The position numbers were made by a program, and so were the translations under genes. Positions 37,338-50,949 of a stretch of 64,000 nt of DNA are shown here, in pieces (the stretch's first letter is position 1; each line of letters opens with the position of its first letter). The DNA is from Moniliella sp. 'wahieum' (lineage: Eukaryota). The stretch covers positions 124,001 through 188,000 of the forward strand of contig RSEE01000107.1 in assembly GCA_003971905.1 (NCBI GenBank). The letters run 5' to 3'. Below the pieces are notes generated by a model. That model had not been told where the DNA came from. It ran no database searches and saw only the letters and a program-made list of their open reading frames with translations.

Positions 37338-39633
37338 TTAATGAATGGACAACACGGGGGAAAAAGGAGGCGCACGCGCGCGCGCGGGGGGGGGAAGGTT
37401 CAACATAGCCCCATTAGGAAATCCGAGCGCCGAGCGGTCAGGATTGGAGCCTCCCCAAATGCGACCAAGACCAAGACCAACACCAAGCCAAGCGACGAGG
37501 AAGAACGCAACCTTACCGGCTCCACGGTCGGCAAACGCAACGAGCGAAGGACGATGGCGCGGGAGCCGATCTGGGTCGGAGTCAGAGTCTGGGTCTGGGT
37601 CTGGGTCAGGGTCCTCGGACGGCAAGCGAGGCGCACAGGAGGGGGGGGGAGGTACATCCCCCTCGTCCTTTCTCCACCTCCATGCTTTCCCGCGTAGGTC
37701 CTCCCCCTCCCTACTTCCGTCCCTGTCCCCATCCACGTCCCCATCCACTTCCCCATCCATGTTTCCATCCACGTCCCCATCCACGTCCCCATCCACGTCC
37801 CCATCCACGTCCCCATCCATGTTTCCATCCACGTCCCCGTCCCGACCGACGTGCTTCTGCCTGCCGCGGCCACCGATCCCGATCCCGTTTGCATTTGCAT
37901 TTGCATTTGCATTTGCATTTGCATTTGCATTTGCATTTGGGTTTGGGTTTGCATTTGGGTTTGCGGGTGCGGTCGCGACGGGAGAGAAGATGGGCGGGAG
38001 GGACCTGCCGCCGCCCCCGCCCGAGCCATGGGGCGCCCACGAGTGGCGATGGGATTGGAGTGAGCTGAGCGTGGGCGTGGGTGTGTGTGTGAGGGTGGGT
38101 CGATGGGGCGGGTGTTGGTCTTGGTCTTGGACTTGGACTTGGTTGCCGCCGGTGGCCACGTCAACACTTGCCCGTCGGTCCGGGACTTGGTCGCTGACGG
38201 TACCCACGGCAGCCACGGCAGCTACGTCGACACTTGCCCGTCGGTCTGGGTCCACACGAAATTCGCGACGCCGTTTGCGTGCGGCGCAGCCCTGGAATGA
38301 GTCAGGACAGACCACGGTGGTTAGAACGGATACGAGGCACACATTTAACCAAACCAAACCAAATCAACTCCCCAAACCAACAACCAACAGCACCAAGCAC
38401 CAAGCACCAAGCACCAAGCACCAAGCACCAAGCACCAAGCACCAAGCAGCACCAACCTAACACCAAGCAGCAAGCAGCAAGCCAACCGTGGCGAAAGCGA
38501 GACGGGAGACGGGAGACAGGAGGCTAACTAACAACATACCTTGACCAAAATATGGCGGTTGAGCGCATCTTTGCGGGAGAAGGGTTTGTGGCACTCAGGG
38601 CACTCAAAGGGCAAGGTACCCAAATGTTTGCGTGCATGGCGGCGCAGGTCGTGGTTGCGGGCAAATGCCGCGCCGCACGAGACGCACTTGAACGGTCGCG
38701 AGGGAGCAGGGACAGATGGCGCACGAGGCAGCGAAGGTAGCGGTGGAGGACCAGCGGGGGAAGGTACCTGTACTCCACCAAGCACCTCGTCCATCTGGCC
38801 CCATGGTGCTGAGGCGCGTCGGTCCATGTGCATAGGGTAGGGAGAGTGGGAAGCGTGGGGGCAGGAGGCTGGTGGGCCAGCAGAGAAGAGCGCTCGTACG
38901 GCAACGCAGGTGGGGCGGGGAGGTGGGCGGGATGGGCAGGATGGGCAGGATGGGCAGGATGGGCAGGATGGGCAGGATGGGCGGGGTGAGAGTAGGGGTC
39001 AGGGCTGGGGCCGGACAGACTGCTGCGCGTATAAGGCAGCGGGTAGGGAGGCAGCGCACGGGGCGTATGCGAGGGGGCATAAGAGCGTCTTCGTGCGCCC
39101 GGTCGCTCCCATGCGGCCGGGGGCGGTGAAGGGGCGGCGGCAGCAGCAGACGCGGTCGTGGGGACGGGGTAGGGCGGGTGGGGCGCCCAATGACCCGGCG
39201 CGGACACAGGCGAGGAGCGGCGATCGGAGGCAGGCGGGTCGTACGGGTGGTAAGCATCGTACGCTTCGTATGCTTCGTACGCACTGCCGCGGCGGGAGGA
39301 AGGCGCGGTGCTGGTGAGGGGAGGCAGACGGGGTCGGTCGCCAGTGAGGACAGCGGTGGGGCCAGAGAAGCTGGCGCGGGGGCCGAGGGGCGGGCGAAGA
39401 TGGGAGGGGGGCAGGCTGCGTGGCTGGCCGACGGGAGGCGCGTGGGCAAGACCAAAGCCCTGGACGATGGAGGGCAGGCGGCTGCGGTGGAGGGCGGGGC
39501 GGTGGGCGAGAGGGAGCGGGAGCGGGCGCGGGCGGAGGCCGAGGCGGAGGCGGGGGGCAGCGGGGGCATGGACGGCGGCGCGTGGCTGCTGGGGGCTGCG
39601 GCCGACGGCGACAGCGGGAGGGCGCGGAGGACA
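37338..39633 (-). CDS. C2H2 zinc-finger transcription factor with low-complexity flanks
   Basis: RPFKCVSCGAAFARNHDLRRHARKHLGTLPFECPECHKPFSRKDALNRHILVK|GC across intron 38539-38292. Pro-rich N-terminus and (NA)n and (DGDV)n tail; both ends uncertain. Confidence 0.8.
37726..37965 (+). repeat. Coding-frame repeats: 12-mer (CCCCATCCACGT)n and hexamer (TTTGCA)n
   Basis: Directly visible; they encode (DGDV)n and (NA)n on the minus strand. Confidence 0.9.
38388..38447 (+). repeat. (CAAGCAC)n heptamer array, about 8 copies, inside an intron
   Basis: Directly visible. Confidence 0.95.
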
Positions 39634-41512
39634 TGGGGGGAGCAAGGCGTGAGTGGGTTGGGCAGGACAGACAGAAGGGCAGGACTGGGCCCTGGAAGGC
39701 GGTCGGAAGAGGAGCGCACGCCAGCGCTGATCCAGCGCTCGTCCACCTGCCCAGACGCGAGGACAGAGCACGTTGGGCAGCTAGCTCGGCTGTTTCTTGC
39801 ACCCGCCATCGCCCAGCGCCTCAGCCTCGCCACCGCCCGCACTGGGGTACTGCATCGGCATCACACACCACCCATCAGCATCACCATCACCATCACCATC
39901 CGCCATGCAGGCACCAGCGCTCAGCGCCCGCTTCTTCCTCCCGACCAGCGCCTCGGAAGCGCACCAGTGCAGCGTATAGCCCCCGCCATCTGCCGTCGCC
40001 TCCCCTCTCCCATGCCTAACCCACACAGCCAGCCCACTGCATCGACATCGCCCATCGCACATCCGACACGGCCGCCAATCACAACCCACGCGCCCCCCCC
40101 CCACATCCCCATCGCCCGCCCCCCGCTGCGTCCCCCCACGTCCCCTTGCCAGCCCCGCCACCCACCCGCCCAGCTGGTCGGATCACATGCACCCCCAGGC
40201 GGCCATGCCCCTCGGTTCACACACCCATCCCAGTGCATTTGCCACCCTCCCCCATATGGATCTGCATCACAATCAACCACACGCCAGCACATCAGCATGC
40301 CCCTCAGGCTGAGGCCTCATCCATCATCCATCATCCATCATCCATCATCCATCGGTGCCTCCTTGGGCCTTAGGCCTTGCTGCTGCTATAAGGTGCAGAT
40401 AGCCACAATCCAGGAGCATGTGACACTGGGACATGTGGTGGGCCACTAGTGGGCCACGGTACAAGGCAAACGCTAAGCACCTGGCAGCACTGGGCACTTG
40501 GCACGTATATCCAGCTGCTCAGCCTGAGCGCCCAGCTGGGCCCCCAGCCTGGGGCCCCAGCCCCCAGCGCCAAGCCAGCTGCACCCGTGCTGGGGCTGCC
40601 CGAGCATCTTCCACCGCAGGCCCAGCATGCAGCATCCCCGCGACATCGATCCGTCATCGCGTCATCGATCATCGATCATCATACAGACGGTCCTCAATGT
40701 CTGCCGTATGCATTCTACACAAGTTTGATGGTGGTGCGCTATGTGCGCCGCCTCCCGACCCAGAGCAACGCTAGCATGGCCTGCAACCGGCAACCCTGGT
40801 GCCGTCCCAGGCTGGACGAATGTCCCAAACCACACAGACGCACATACCCCACATCAGCGTTCAAGGCCCGCGACATTCAACCCAGGAACCTCTCTCTGAT
40901 GCACACTGTCGGGTACTAGCTCCTTTTTCCTTCTGCCAGACGGATGGACTTGGCGGATCAACGAGCAACGAGCAACGAGCAACGAGCAACAATAAACGAT
41001 TCACGTTCACAGCTCCACCATGGGCCATACGACTGACCTGCCATCTAAGATCTAAGATCTAAGATCTCCATACATGTAGCCTTGGGTTGAAGAATGCCAT
41101 GTATACTGTGGCTCAACAAGAACCGTGCGCGCGGATGGCGCTGTAGAATGCACGTCCCCCGCACCGCGAACGTCCCACTGCATGGTCACGATCATCGAGC
41201 GCCCAAGCGGGGCTGAAGCTGAAGCTTGAAGGATTAATATTTAATGACCGACCGGAAGGGACCTTAAACCAGACCAGAGGGACCGGAGGGAGTCGGAGGG
41301 GATCGGAGGGATTGGAGGGACCGGAGGCACCGGAGGGATTGGAGGTAAAGTGCACCGGCAACCCAGTGAGTTTAGTTGAGCCACCTCCCCCCCCGCGGCC
41401 ACCAGCCTTTCGTAGCAGGTTGACAAGGAAGATTGATTGTGCTGGTGCTCGGTCGGGCCAGGCTCACATCCCAGACCTCTCTCATCCCCCACCTCCCACC
41501 TCGGAGGACGGA

Positions 41513-42234
41513 TCAGAAGGCAAACGAAGGATCCTCCTCCTCGGCAAAAAACGCATGGTAAGTGACCATGGTGGAATACACCAGGGCGCCACCGACGATG
41601 GCCATGGCGCATGCGGAGGTTGAGAGGAGGGCAGCATGAGCCAAGGCCAAAGGGAGGGCGACGCCACTGACGAGCATGATGGCTGTGAGGAAGTTGCCCA
41701 GGTCAACAAAGGCCGTGTTGTAGTCCGCTGAGTAATCGTCGTGCCCGGCCAAGCGTGAACAGAGCGAATTGGGGATCGGGGCGAGGACGAAAAGCAGCGC
41801 TGTACCAATGCAGAGAAGGGAGAGGTAGGGAGTGGGGGGGTTAGTGTGTCGTACGGAGCTACTGAGCCCAGCGGAGAGAAAAGGTGGTCTGCGCATAGTG
41901 TCCTGATCCAAGTGCGAAAGCAGATGTCATAGGACGCGGACAGTAAATGCAGAGAGGGGGAGGGGGGAGAGACGTACCAACCAAAAGGGGGTACCAGTTG
42001 GACCAAAGTGCACACGAAGAATCAAGAGCAAAAACCCAAACGCCAAAACAAACGCGAGCCAGATAACCGCTGTTGACGACAACCCCGTTGGTTAGTACTT
42101 AGTACTTAGTCCAGATGCAAGATGCAAGATCAATCCTTGGACCCGGCTCGGCAGTCCTAGCCATTGGACATTAACCATAAGCCATTGGACATTGGACATT
42201 GGACATTGGACATACTGCGAATCCCGGACGCCAT
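41513..42234 (-). CDS. VPS55: Vacuolar protein sorting 55 (OB-RGRP family)
   Basis: MASGIR|TVIWLAFVLAFGFLLLIL..CALWSNWYPLLV|ALLFVLAPIPN..DLGNFLTAIMLVSGVALPLALAH; introns 42215-42070 and 41977-41800. Confidence 0.9.
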
Positions 42235-42812
42235 CGTGCCAAAATCAAAGGTGTCCACGACACGAGCAAAGCCAGCACGGTGGAGTTCCAACAACAACGG
42301 CCGCCAGAGCGAGCGAGCAAGCCAGCGAGAGGGTGGATGGTGGATGGGCTGCCGGCCAGATGGCGCTCGTAATCGTAATCGATAATCGACGTAATCGTAA
42401 TCGCGGACTGGGCAACGCCACTGCGCGCTTACTTCAGCACCCGACGTCGTACTCCTCGACGCGGAATTGAATTGTTCAGGAGCTGTTATCACCACTGTTA
42501 CTTGGCCCCTCGCGATTAAAATTGGTGCCAACGATCTTGTGAGATCTGAGATCTGGCTCGATTTCAGAGTGCGGCGACTGCATCCCCGAAGCTGGGACCG
42601 AATTGGCTGAGGCGACGCTCAGCTGGAACCGCAACAGCAACACAAGACGCCACTAAGCGCCCGATAGGTACCTGAGACGTTCTCCTATTCTCTTTGGTTC
42701 TCTTTTTGGTATTGCTCGCTTACCACCTTCTCAACCACTGCTCTTGAGCTTGAAGCTCAAAGCTTGACCAGCTTAGCTTCTTCGTTGTTTGGAAACCATC
42801 CTCGGCACCACC

Positions 42813-43548
42813 ATGGCCACCATTTGGAACGCGATCTGGAGCTTGATCCCGCAAGGTTCTCCTGTCCCGCACGCGGTACCTCAAGTGGGGGAACAAGCGC
42901 CGCCGCACCCTGCGCTGAATGGCAAGCCTACCATCATCGCTTCCCGCGCCACTGCGGGTGTCCCTTTGCTCAAAAGGAGGTCTTGACCCTCGGGGAGCTG
43001 ATCAAGACGTACAAGGATAAGGATAAGGACTTGCATGTGATCATCGTCCAGCACTCGCCCCAAGACGTTACCCAGCAATGGTTCGATGCAATTGGGTACG
43101 TTCCCCCCCCCCCGCCCCTCTCCCGCTTGCCATCTTGCCTTTTCCCCCTCTTTCTTCTCCCCCCCCGCTCCCTCTCACCGAAACGGGTGCACTAACGCTA
43201 CGCCCTACCCTATGTGGAACGAATAGCGGTCCCGCTGCGTTCGGCGATGCTTCGCGGTACACGTTGCTATCCGATCCTTCGCGGGAGCTTTATGCGCTGT
43301 GGGGGGGGTACGTTAGGATGGACGTCGCTGTTGGATCGCGGGGCGTTTGGTAAGATATCGCAGTTGGCGAAGGAGAATATTTCGGTCACTACGTTTGCTG
43401 GGTCGTACCGCTGGCAAAATTCAGGTGGGTTTGCAGTGACGGAGCAAGGTACGTAGCTTGGTGCCATATCGCAACGACTGCGAGCGATATGTGCGATTAC
43501 GAAGCGGCGGCAAAGAGTTTTGTTCGAGTGATTCAAGTGGGGAGATAA
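42813..43548 (+). CDS. Thioredoxin-fold redoxin (AhpC/TSA-like, peroxiredoxin-like 2 type)
   Basis: PQVGEQAP, RHCGCPFAQKE, LLSDPSRELYALWG, RWQNSGGFAV, AWCHIATTASDMCDY; intron 43096-43226. Confidence 0.8.
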
Positions 43549-44945
43549 GGTGGTGTAGGGCGCGGGGGGGGGGGGGGGAGCAGAGCGGGTTCCTGTCCCG
43601 CTTTCTTTTGTCGTGCGAGTGAAGGTGCTTATCCTGCAAAGAGCAGGAGTGTGAACATGGGTTGTTACGACGTATGGTCGATGATATATGATGCAGGATG
43701 CGGAAGGCGCGAAGAGAGAGGTATAGGCACGTGAAGGAGGTGGCAAAGTAAAGAGAGAACGCCGACCTGAGCGCTGAGCCTGAGCAGAGAAGGGCAACCG
43801 TTACTCAGTTTCGTCAATGACGTTCAAGATTACCACTTGGTACACCCCACATTTTTCACGTGTAGGAACAAAGTTGTCTGTGGCGACGGTGCTCTCTGTT
43901 TCGGTAGCGATGTATCATGAACCACTCGGGGCCCGACAGACGTGATGATATGTGACAGCCTACTGTATTTATCTGGAGCCGTCCCCACGGCTCTCCTTCA
44001 TGATGCTTGCACTCCTACTAGAGCCATCGATTCTCGGGTACCCTGATCAGACCTACTCACCCGACTGACATCGTTGCGGCTAGTATAATGTTGCCCCACC
44101 ACGCCTTAGCCACCCCTTCGCCCTGAGGTAGGCTTAACCAACCGAATCTCCGTTTTCCCACCGAGAGGGGATGTATATCGAGAGAAAGGTAAGCCAGATA
44201 CCGTCTCATCTTCTTTGCACTGTCCCCCCCCCCTCGCTCTCCAAGGGCAGGCCCAGATCATGCACATTGGCATTGGGTTCTCGGTGTTTCCTTCCGCTTG
44301 GGGAGAAGGAGGATCCACAAGCGAGCGAAAAGTGGTTGGGATGAACGATGATTGCATCACATCCATAGATGTTTTTCTTCTCTAGTGTGCCGGACCAGCA
44401 GTTGATACGACCGTCACGCACATTCCCCTGGGCACACTTGACTCCCTCTCTGCGTCATATATCTGTCGGCGTATGCACTTGCTCTGCATCTGTTCTGTGG
44501 TCTTCCTTCCAGTCCTCGTATAGAGCAAACGTCCGCTATATACAAAATGAAATAGGGGCACAGGGAGGCTGGGTAGTGAAGCTTGAAGGAGATACGCGGT
44601 GCCGAAATGATTAATGATACTTGAAGCTTGACAATCGACACAATTCCGCCTCCCTCGGCCTCCTCATCGATCGTCCGCCAGATCTAGTAAGAAGACTTCA
44701 ATAAGCTTCAAGCTTTAAGGGCTTCAAAACAGCCCTCAGGCTCCGCCATCTGCTCCACCTGGAGAGCAGCCGGATGGACCGACATGATATTGAACTCCTG
44801 GGATCCTGAGAGCCACAGGTCTCAGGCTGAGCGCTAAGGCTAAGGGCTAGGCCGGTTCAGGGGACTCACTGATACGTCCACACATCATCACACGCATCGT
44901 CAACGACCGTTTTGATTCGGGCTCAGAGAACGGTAGGTAAGACCT

Positions 44946-45508
44946 GGTATGATCAGTACAAGAGAACCCCGGCCTACGGCCCGGTCAGCTGGGCTTCGCC
45001 CGAGCTGCCGTTCCCCCTTCGCCACCGTAGCCACCGTTCCACCGTCGCCAACACCGACATAGGAATAAATCACCGATTCGTTCTGGCTGCAGGGGGTGGA
45101 ACGTGGCACGGGGCAGCTGATGTAAAAAGTGCACAGGGCGAATGGAGGAATAATATACCCGGGGACGCACTCAAGAGCCGTTTTTCCCCTGGTTTGACGA
45201 CGCGACGATACTACGGCACCAAGACGGCGGGCAAGTGTTCGCGCATTGGAAGGAGTTGGCTACTAAGTCTCAGTGGAAATGGTTCCTCGCTCGGATGTCA
45301 ACCACGTTCATCCGTGTCCACACGCGCTTCCTAGGGTACGGGACCGGATGGCGTGAGCGGAGGGTCCTGATATCCTGGCGATCCCCTGGTTCCTTGACTT
45401 AGTGGCGCTTCCAAGTAACCCCCGCAAGATGACCGGTTAGGTTTAGACGTAGCGTTCCCCCTGTCCCAGCCTTAAGCTCTGTCAATGAAATGGACGTGAC
45501 TTAGGGAT
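44946..45508 (+). repeat. Dispersed repeat, copy 1 (probable DNA transposon remnant)
   Basis: Aligns by eye over its whole length to the reverse complement of 60403-61005, with substitutions and small indels. Confidence 0.9.
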
Positions 45509-47733
45509 ATCAGTGCGCTTAATTGTTGGGATGACGGTCATCCTCCGCATCTTCGCATTGTTCTTCCCACGCGTCTTCGGGCCAACATATGGCGTTGGTG
45601 CTCACGAATCATATAATTAAGTGGTGGGTGTGTTGTGCCTGCATGTGGCGCCTCCCCTTTTTTTGACGGAGGTGGCAACGTGTCAGCCACAGCGAGTTGC
45701 ACGTTGCTGGTTTGTCCGATTGGGCCTTTCAGGTCCTCAAGTCCCAGGGGGGGAGAGTGGGGGGGGGGGGATAGGCCGACGAGAGGACGAATTGAAGAAA
45801 ACTTGGGGTCGTTACTAGTAGTAGTACTTCATTGTTACCGTGGGATGATGGAAGATCGAGGAGTGGGTGGGGCCGAGTGTGGATGGCTAACACATCAGTA
45901 TGGAGAGAGGCGTTTAGGCGTCGCTGAGGACTGAAACTGAGGAATAAGTTCAGTACGGAGGTATATATAGTCCTGTTGAGTATATACTGCAGAGTACTGA
46001 GAGTATACTGAAACGTCGACGGCAGAGCTTTTACTAGACCTAATCGACCCCACTGGGCACGAGAATGCTCCCATCCCACAGCGAATGGAGAAGCGCCGGC
46101 ACTCTGTCTGGCGTTGATGTCCAGTAGCTAGGAGCGACGGACAGCAGGAGCAACACAGTCGTTGGGTGTGTACCATCTATACACGCAGGGCGCACTTTTC
46201 CAGTCCTTCGATCCTCGATCAATCCGATCAATACCGATCATCGATCCCCGATCTTGTCCAGATCGATCTCGAGCAGATCTTGCGCCGCCAGGGCGCATGG
46301 GGGCAGTGTCCGGGCGTACTGGCCAGGGTGCATATGCTAGCCATGTCAGTGCATGTCATGCATGTCAGCCTGCCCACTCGGCCTCCCCACAGCGCTGCGG
46401 GTGGCATGCAGTCGTGTATATACTGGGCAGCAGCGGCAGCGCAGGCAGAGCGCTGCAGCGCGGTACTACGCGTTACGCGTTGCGCCGACACGGCATATGC
46501 GTCGCATGTTGCAGCCGCCCGCACTGGGCCAGTCTGGTTGCTCTCCCAAAGGCCAGGCACGCACGGGGAGGGGTACAGAGCAGAGGGTTAGCATAGCAGG
46601 CATAGCTGCCACTCCGCCCCCTAGCGACCACACCCACCTCCAACGCCCCTGCCTTCTTGTCTCCTGGCCCTCCACCACACCTCTCGCTGGCAGCAGAGCA
46701 TCCACCTGTCCCAGCCACCACAGCCACTGCCCCCTGTCACTGCCGCCCCCTTCTCTCTCTGCACAGCGTATACGCGTCTCGCTCCACACACTCCTCTCCA
46801 TTCTTTCTCCACCCTCCACTCCCCTCTGCCCATTGGCTTTTCCGCACATCCTCTCCAGGGGGACCACTCGGTCCTCTGCTTCTTCCTCTACCTGAACGCT
46901 CGCCACACACAACACACCACTCGATCCTCCTCCGGCTAGTACAGCCTCGCTTTCCATCCTAGTGGCCATCATCCCAACCCAACCTTCTTCAGCGTTTCCA
47001 CGTTGTCCCCCCTTCCCCATTTCTTTTCTCTTTAAGCAGCCGATTGACGCTCTGCATTCCCCCCCCGCCGGGTCTCGTCCCTACGACTCCCATTCCCACA
47101 TCGAACCACCGTCCGTGTGCCCCTTCGCTTTCTCCCCCACCCAACGCCTCGTTTTCCCTGTCGTCTGTGTTCTTTTTGCACCCGATTCTCTGTGATCAAG
47201 AGCTCTCGTCCCCCCTTTTTGCCAGCAACACGCGAACGCACCAGCGTCTCTTCTGTTGCCCAGACTCTTTATTTACCCCCCCATTGTCCAATGACTCACT
47301 AAGTTCCTACATCCCCAGCTTTTAGACCTTCCGTGAGTGTCGTTTCTGGCCCCCGAAACGCATCCATTCTTTCATCTCGTGTGTTGCGCTGGACTGACCA
47401 TGTCTCTTCACACCAGGATATCGTTAAGGTCGTTTCGTGCAACATTGTACAACGCGTCTTTCTGTCGCTGTACCCTGCTTGAGCATAACACTATTATCCC
47501 ACCGCTTTGCTTTGCCCTTTACATTTCCGCTTCATCCGTTTGCCTTGCTTTGCTCCTACAAGCAATTCTGTTCGTTACTTTTCCGTGTATCCTATACCCT
47601 TTTGGTATAGAACCCCTCTGTTCCATTTCTTTGGCGTCCGGTAACGTTACGCCGCCCTCGTGGCATTTCCTCCTTTCCGTCCCTCCGTCTCCCATACACC
47701 CAACAACATTTATCAAACAACTAAGCACCTGTC

Positions 47734-50700
47734 ATGAAGACCGTGACGGATTCCGATCCTCTTGATCTCGAAGCTTTATTGCTCAAGATACGGAATTTCA
47801 ATCGGCAGAGCCTTTCTCGGGTCTTAATCCAGCGATGGAAGCATTGATGGATCCGTTCAGATTGGACGGTGACAGTCTCTCGTCTCTCCTTTCAAGCAAT
47901 GTCGACAAGGACAATTTCGGTTTGGAAGGCTTTCCTGCCGGCCCCAAACATATCTCTGACCTCGCATTTTCTCCATCGGGCCAGATGGCATTCTCTGACC
48001 CCGCCAATCTTCAGTTTAACCATCCATTGTTATCGGATATGCCAACCTTCGGGGAAGATAATGGAAGCAACAAAAATGCGGAGGTGGGATTGCCCTTGCC
48101 CGAAATATTCCCTTCCTTGGCCGGACATGCCTCTGATTCAGACGACATGACTTCATTTTTTTCCTCCATCCCGGCCGTGGTGCAACACAACACCCTTCCT
48201 CTGGATCCAGCCCGAACCGAGCTGACCACATTTTCCCTTCCGTTCGTACTGGAAACTCAGGGCTTACCAAGGGAAAATGTCACAAACCTCGTTTCCATCC
48301 AAACCGGCGAACTCAAGCCACGCCACAAAACGTATCATCAACGTATCCGTCAGTACCACCGTATCCGTTCCCAGCATTGGCTCGGGCGCAAGACCTTGCC
48401 TACTGCCCGGCCAATCACAACAGGGGGACAATCTGCTGCGGGCCCGCGGATGGCTGGTCTGCAAGCAGGGATGTCTCTACAAGATCGCCGGCGTCAACGC
48501 CACCTGAAGCAACAGCAACCTGTTTTTCTAGCCCCGCACTGGTGGGAGCGTCAATCTTATTTGAGCTCTTCCTTCCCTCCGCTGATTCCGGACAAAGGCA
48601 AGAAGCGCACTTTATCTATGACAGAGCCAGCACCTGATCTGTCCGCGCCTCCTACCAAATTTGCACGGAAGGCTACTAGTGCTTGGCAGCTTATCCCCTC
48701 CATCCAACACTCGGCTACATCCAAGCCTGCCTTCTCTTCTTCACCCTGTCTTGACGGATACGCAGGGGAGCTGAAAACAGACATGGGGATGCCTTCTGTC
48801 GCTATCACTTCGAACACGGTGGTGTTGCCAAATGTGGTCAGTCCGCAGGTTGCGATGCCAGCAACCGAGCACATTCACGGTGCTACTTCATCTTTATCAG
48901 GGTTTGACGTCCTCACTGCCCTGGCGAAGGTAGCTGCCCGCCCAAATCCGGAAGTCAACATGGGCCCAGTGGACGAGTCATGTTCATTTACGATTGTGGA
49001 TGTGGACCTTGAGGACCAGCCTGTGGTGTACTGCTCTGACGCATTCCTCCAATTGACGGGATACGAGAAGCACGACGTCATTGGTCGAAACTGTCGCTTT
49101 CTTCAAGCACCGGCTGGACTTGTACCAAAGGGATCTCACCGTACGGCTACGGACCCCCAGGCGATTCGACACTTGGCCTCCTTCTTATCCCAGAAGAAAG
49201 AGTGTCAGGCGAACTTGATCAATTACCGCAAGGACGGCCGCCCTTTCATCAACTTGGTCACCATTGTTCCCATCCGATGGGACGATCTGGATCGCATCAA
49301 GTACATGGTAGGGTTTCAAATCGACTTGATTGAACAACCTGGATCTATTGTGGAGAAGAGAGCGGACGGATCGTACGTTGTCAACTACTCGTCCCTCACC
49401 CCCTTGGCGCTTCCACAAGGTTCCACCAGTATTGGGCATACAGAGCCGGTTTCGCTGCCCCACTCAAGGAAACATGCACCTTTGGTTCTGACGGATGAGG
49501 AACTTGACGCTGAGCGTACTCTAGAGAATGCGTTTAACGTATCGGATGCCGTGAGAGGTAACATGCAAGATCCACTAGCCCGGGCCCGCCTGATCCGAGA
49601 ACTCTCCTGACGTGGCGTATGTTTTGTCATTGAAGGGTACATTCTTTTACGTCTCCCCATCGGTCCAGCACATTCTTGGATTTAAGCCATCGGAACTGAT
49701 TGGCTGCTCGATTGCCGACTTTATGCATCCGTCGGACATTGTGCCGGTATTCCGGGAGCTGAAAGACTCTACCTCGAATGCCGCCATTGCCGCCTCCGCT
49801 CAATTGGCTTCACATCGTCGTCGGTGTAGAAAAAGAGCAGCAGGACCTACGGTCAACCTCATGTTCCGTATGCGGTGCAAGGACAACTCGTACCTCTGGA
49901 TCGAGTCGGCGGGAAAGCTTGTGATCCAGCAGGGCAAAGGACGCAAGGTAGTAGTTTCGACCGGTCGTCCCCGACCAGAGTATCACCTTGGAGAGAAGAT
50001 CGTAACTGAAGCTGCCTTGACCCAGCAGGGTTTCTGGGCCCGCATTTCGACCGACGGCTTGTTTCTCACTGTTCTCTCCCCCGTAACCCATGTTCTGCAT
50101 CTTTCTCCATCTGCCTTGATCGGGTATGGCTTCAAGGACCTTTGTGATCCTCTGGCTGTCCCAGCGCTGATTCGGGCGGTACGCATGCCCACCCCTACCG
50201 CGGTTCTTCACACTTTACCTAGCAGCAACAGGGCTACATCACTGGTCGTATCGAGCTTTTACCCAAGCGCTCCTCAACCTCCTGATGGCACCCCACTCTC
50301 CACTCGGAATGTAAGCGTGTGGGTGCACATCGCCCGTGCCACCCCCCACCAGTTGGCCAATCTGATTCCCAATGTAACCCTGACCATTGACCCGGGCCCC
50401 ATCGCCCTGCCTCCCCAAGGCCAGGACGATACATTTGCCGGACTGGATACGCTGCGCGGATCCAACTGGAGCTACGAACTGCATCGGCTGCAGAATACCA
50501 ACCGGCATTTGAAGCAAGCCATTCACCTCGCTCGCTGCAAGCGCGTCGCCTCCCTCGGAACCGACGGATCTTGCGTCGGTCTCTCTCCATCCCCCGACCC
50601 AGGTGGACGAGAGGGCAGGACAAACTGCGTCGGCCTGACCGACGCAACGGGTACGGTAGGGGACATGTTGAATGACCCACGTGCGCCATATGCGTCCAGA

Positions 50701-50949
50701 TCCAGATCGGTCCTGTCGAACCCGTTGGCTCCGATTCGGAACCCGCGCCCGAGCCAGACGCCTTCTTCATCTTGCGACTCAAGTTCCGGGGTCAACTCGG
50801 GGGTCAGCTCGGGCTCAGGCTTACTTTCCACCACCTCGACTGGGGCTACGTTAGCCCACCCGCGTCCAGCAGGCCACTTCGTTCCTGTCGTCGACAATGA
50901 TGTCATCGGACGAGAGTGGAAAAGACAGCACCAAGCCAGATGCGGTTGA
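47734..50949 (+). CDS. wc-1: White collar-1 blue-light photoreceptor (LOV + two PAS domains, no GATA finger)
   Basis: SGFDVLTALAKVAARPNP..GPVDESCSF, GRNCRFLQ, NYRKDGRPFINL and VGFQIDL; after an indel at ~49595, ENSPDVAYVLSLKG, HPSDIVPVFRELKDS and WSYELHRLQNTN. The start is either 47734 or 47835. Confidence 0.93.

Noticed and set aside
39178..40449. 423-aa plus-strand ORF and other long antisense ORFs (e.g. 14275-15480, 27648-28937, 37345-38460)
   Set aside because: These are shadow frames of GC-rich real genes or low-complexity DNA, with no domains.
49590..49615. Stop codon apparently splitting wc-1 into separate LOV and PAS genes
   Set aside because: A single-base indel restores ENSPDVAYVLSLKG, consistent with the window-wide error pattern.
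50440..50949. WC-1 lacks a C-terminal GATA zinc finger
   Set aside because: This is the established state for basidiomycete WC-1 proteins, so it is not novel.
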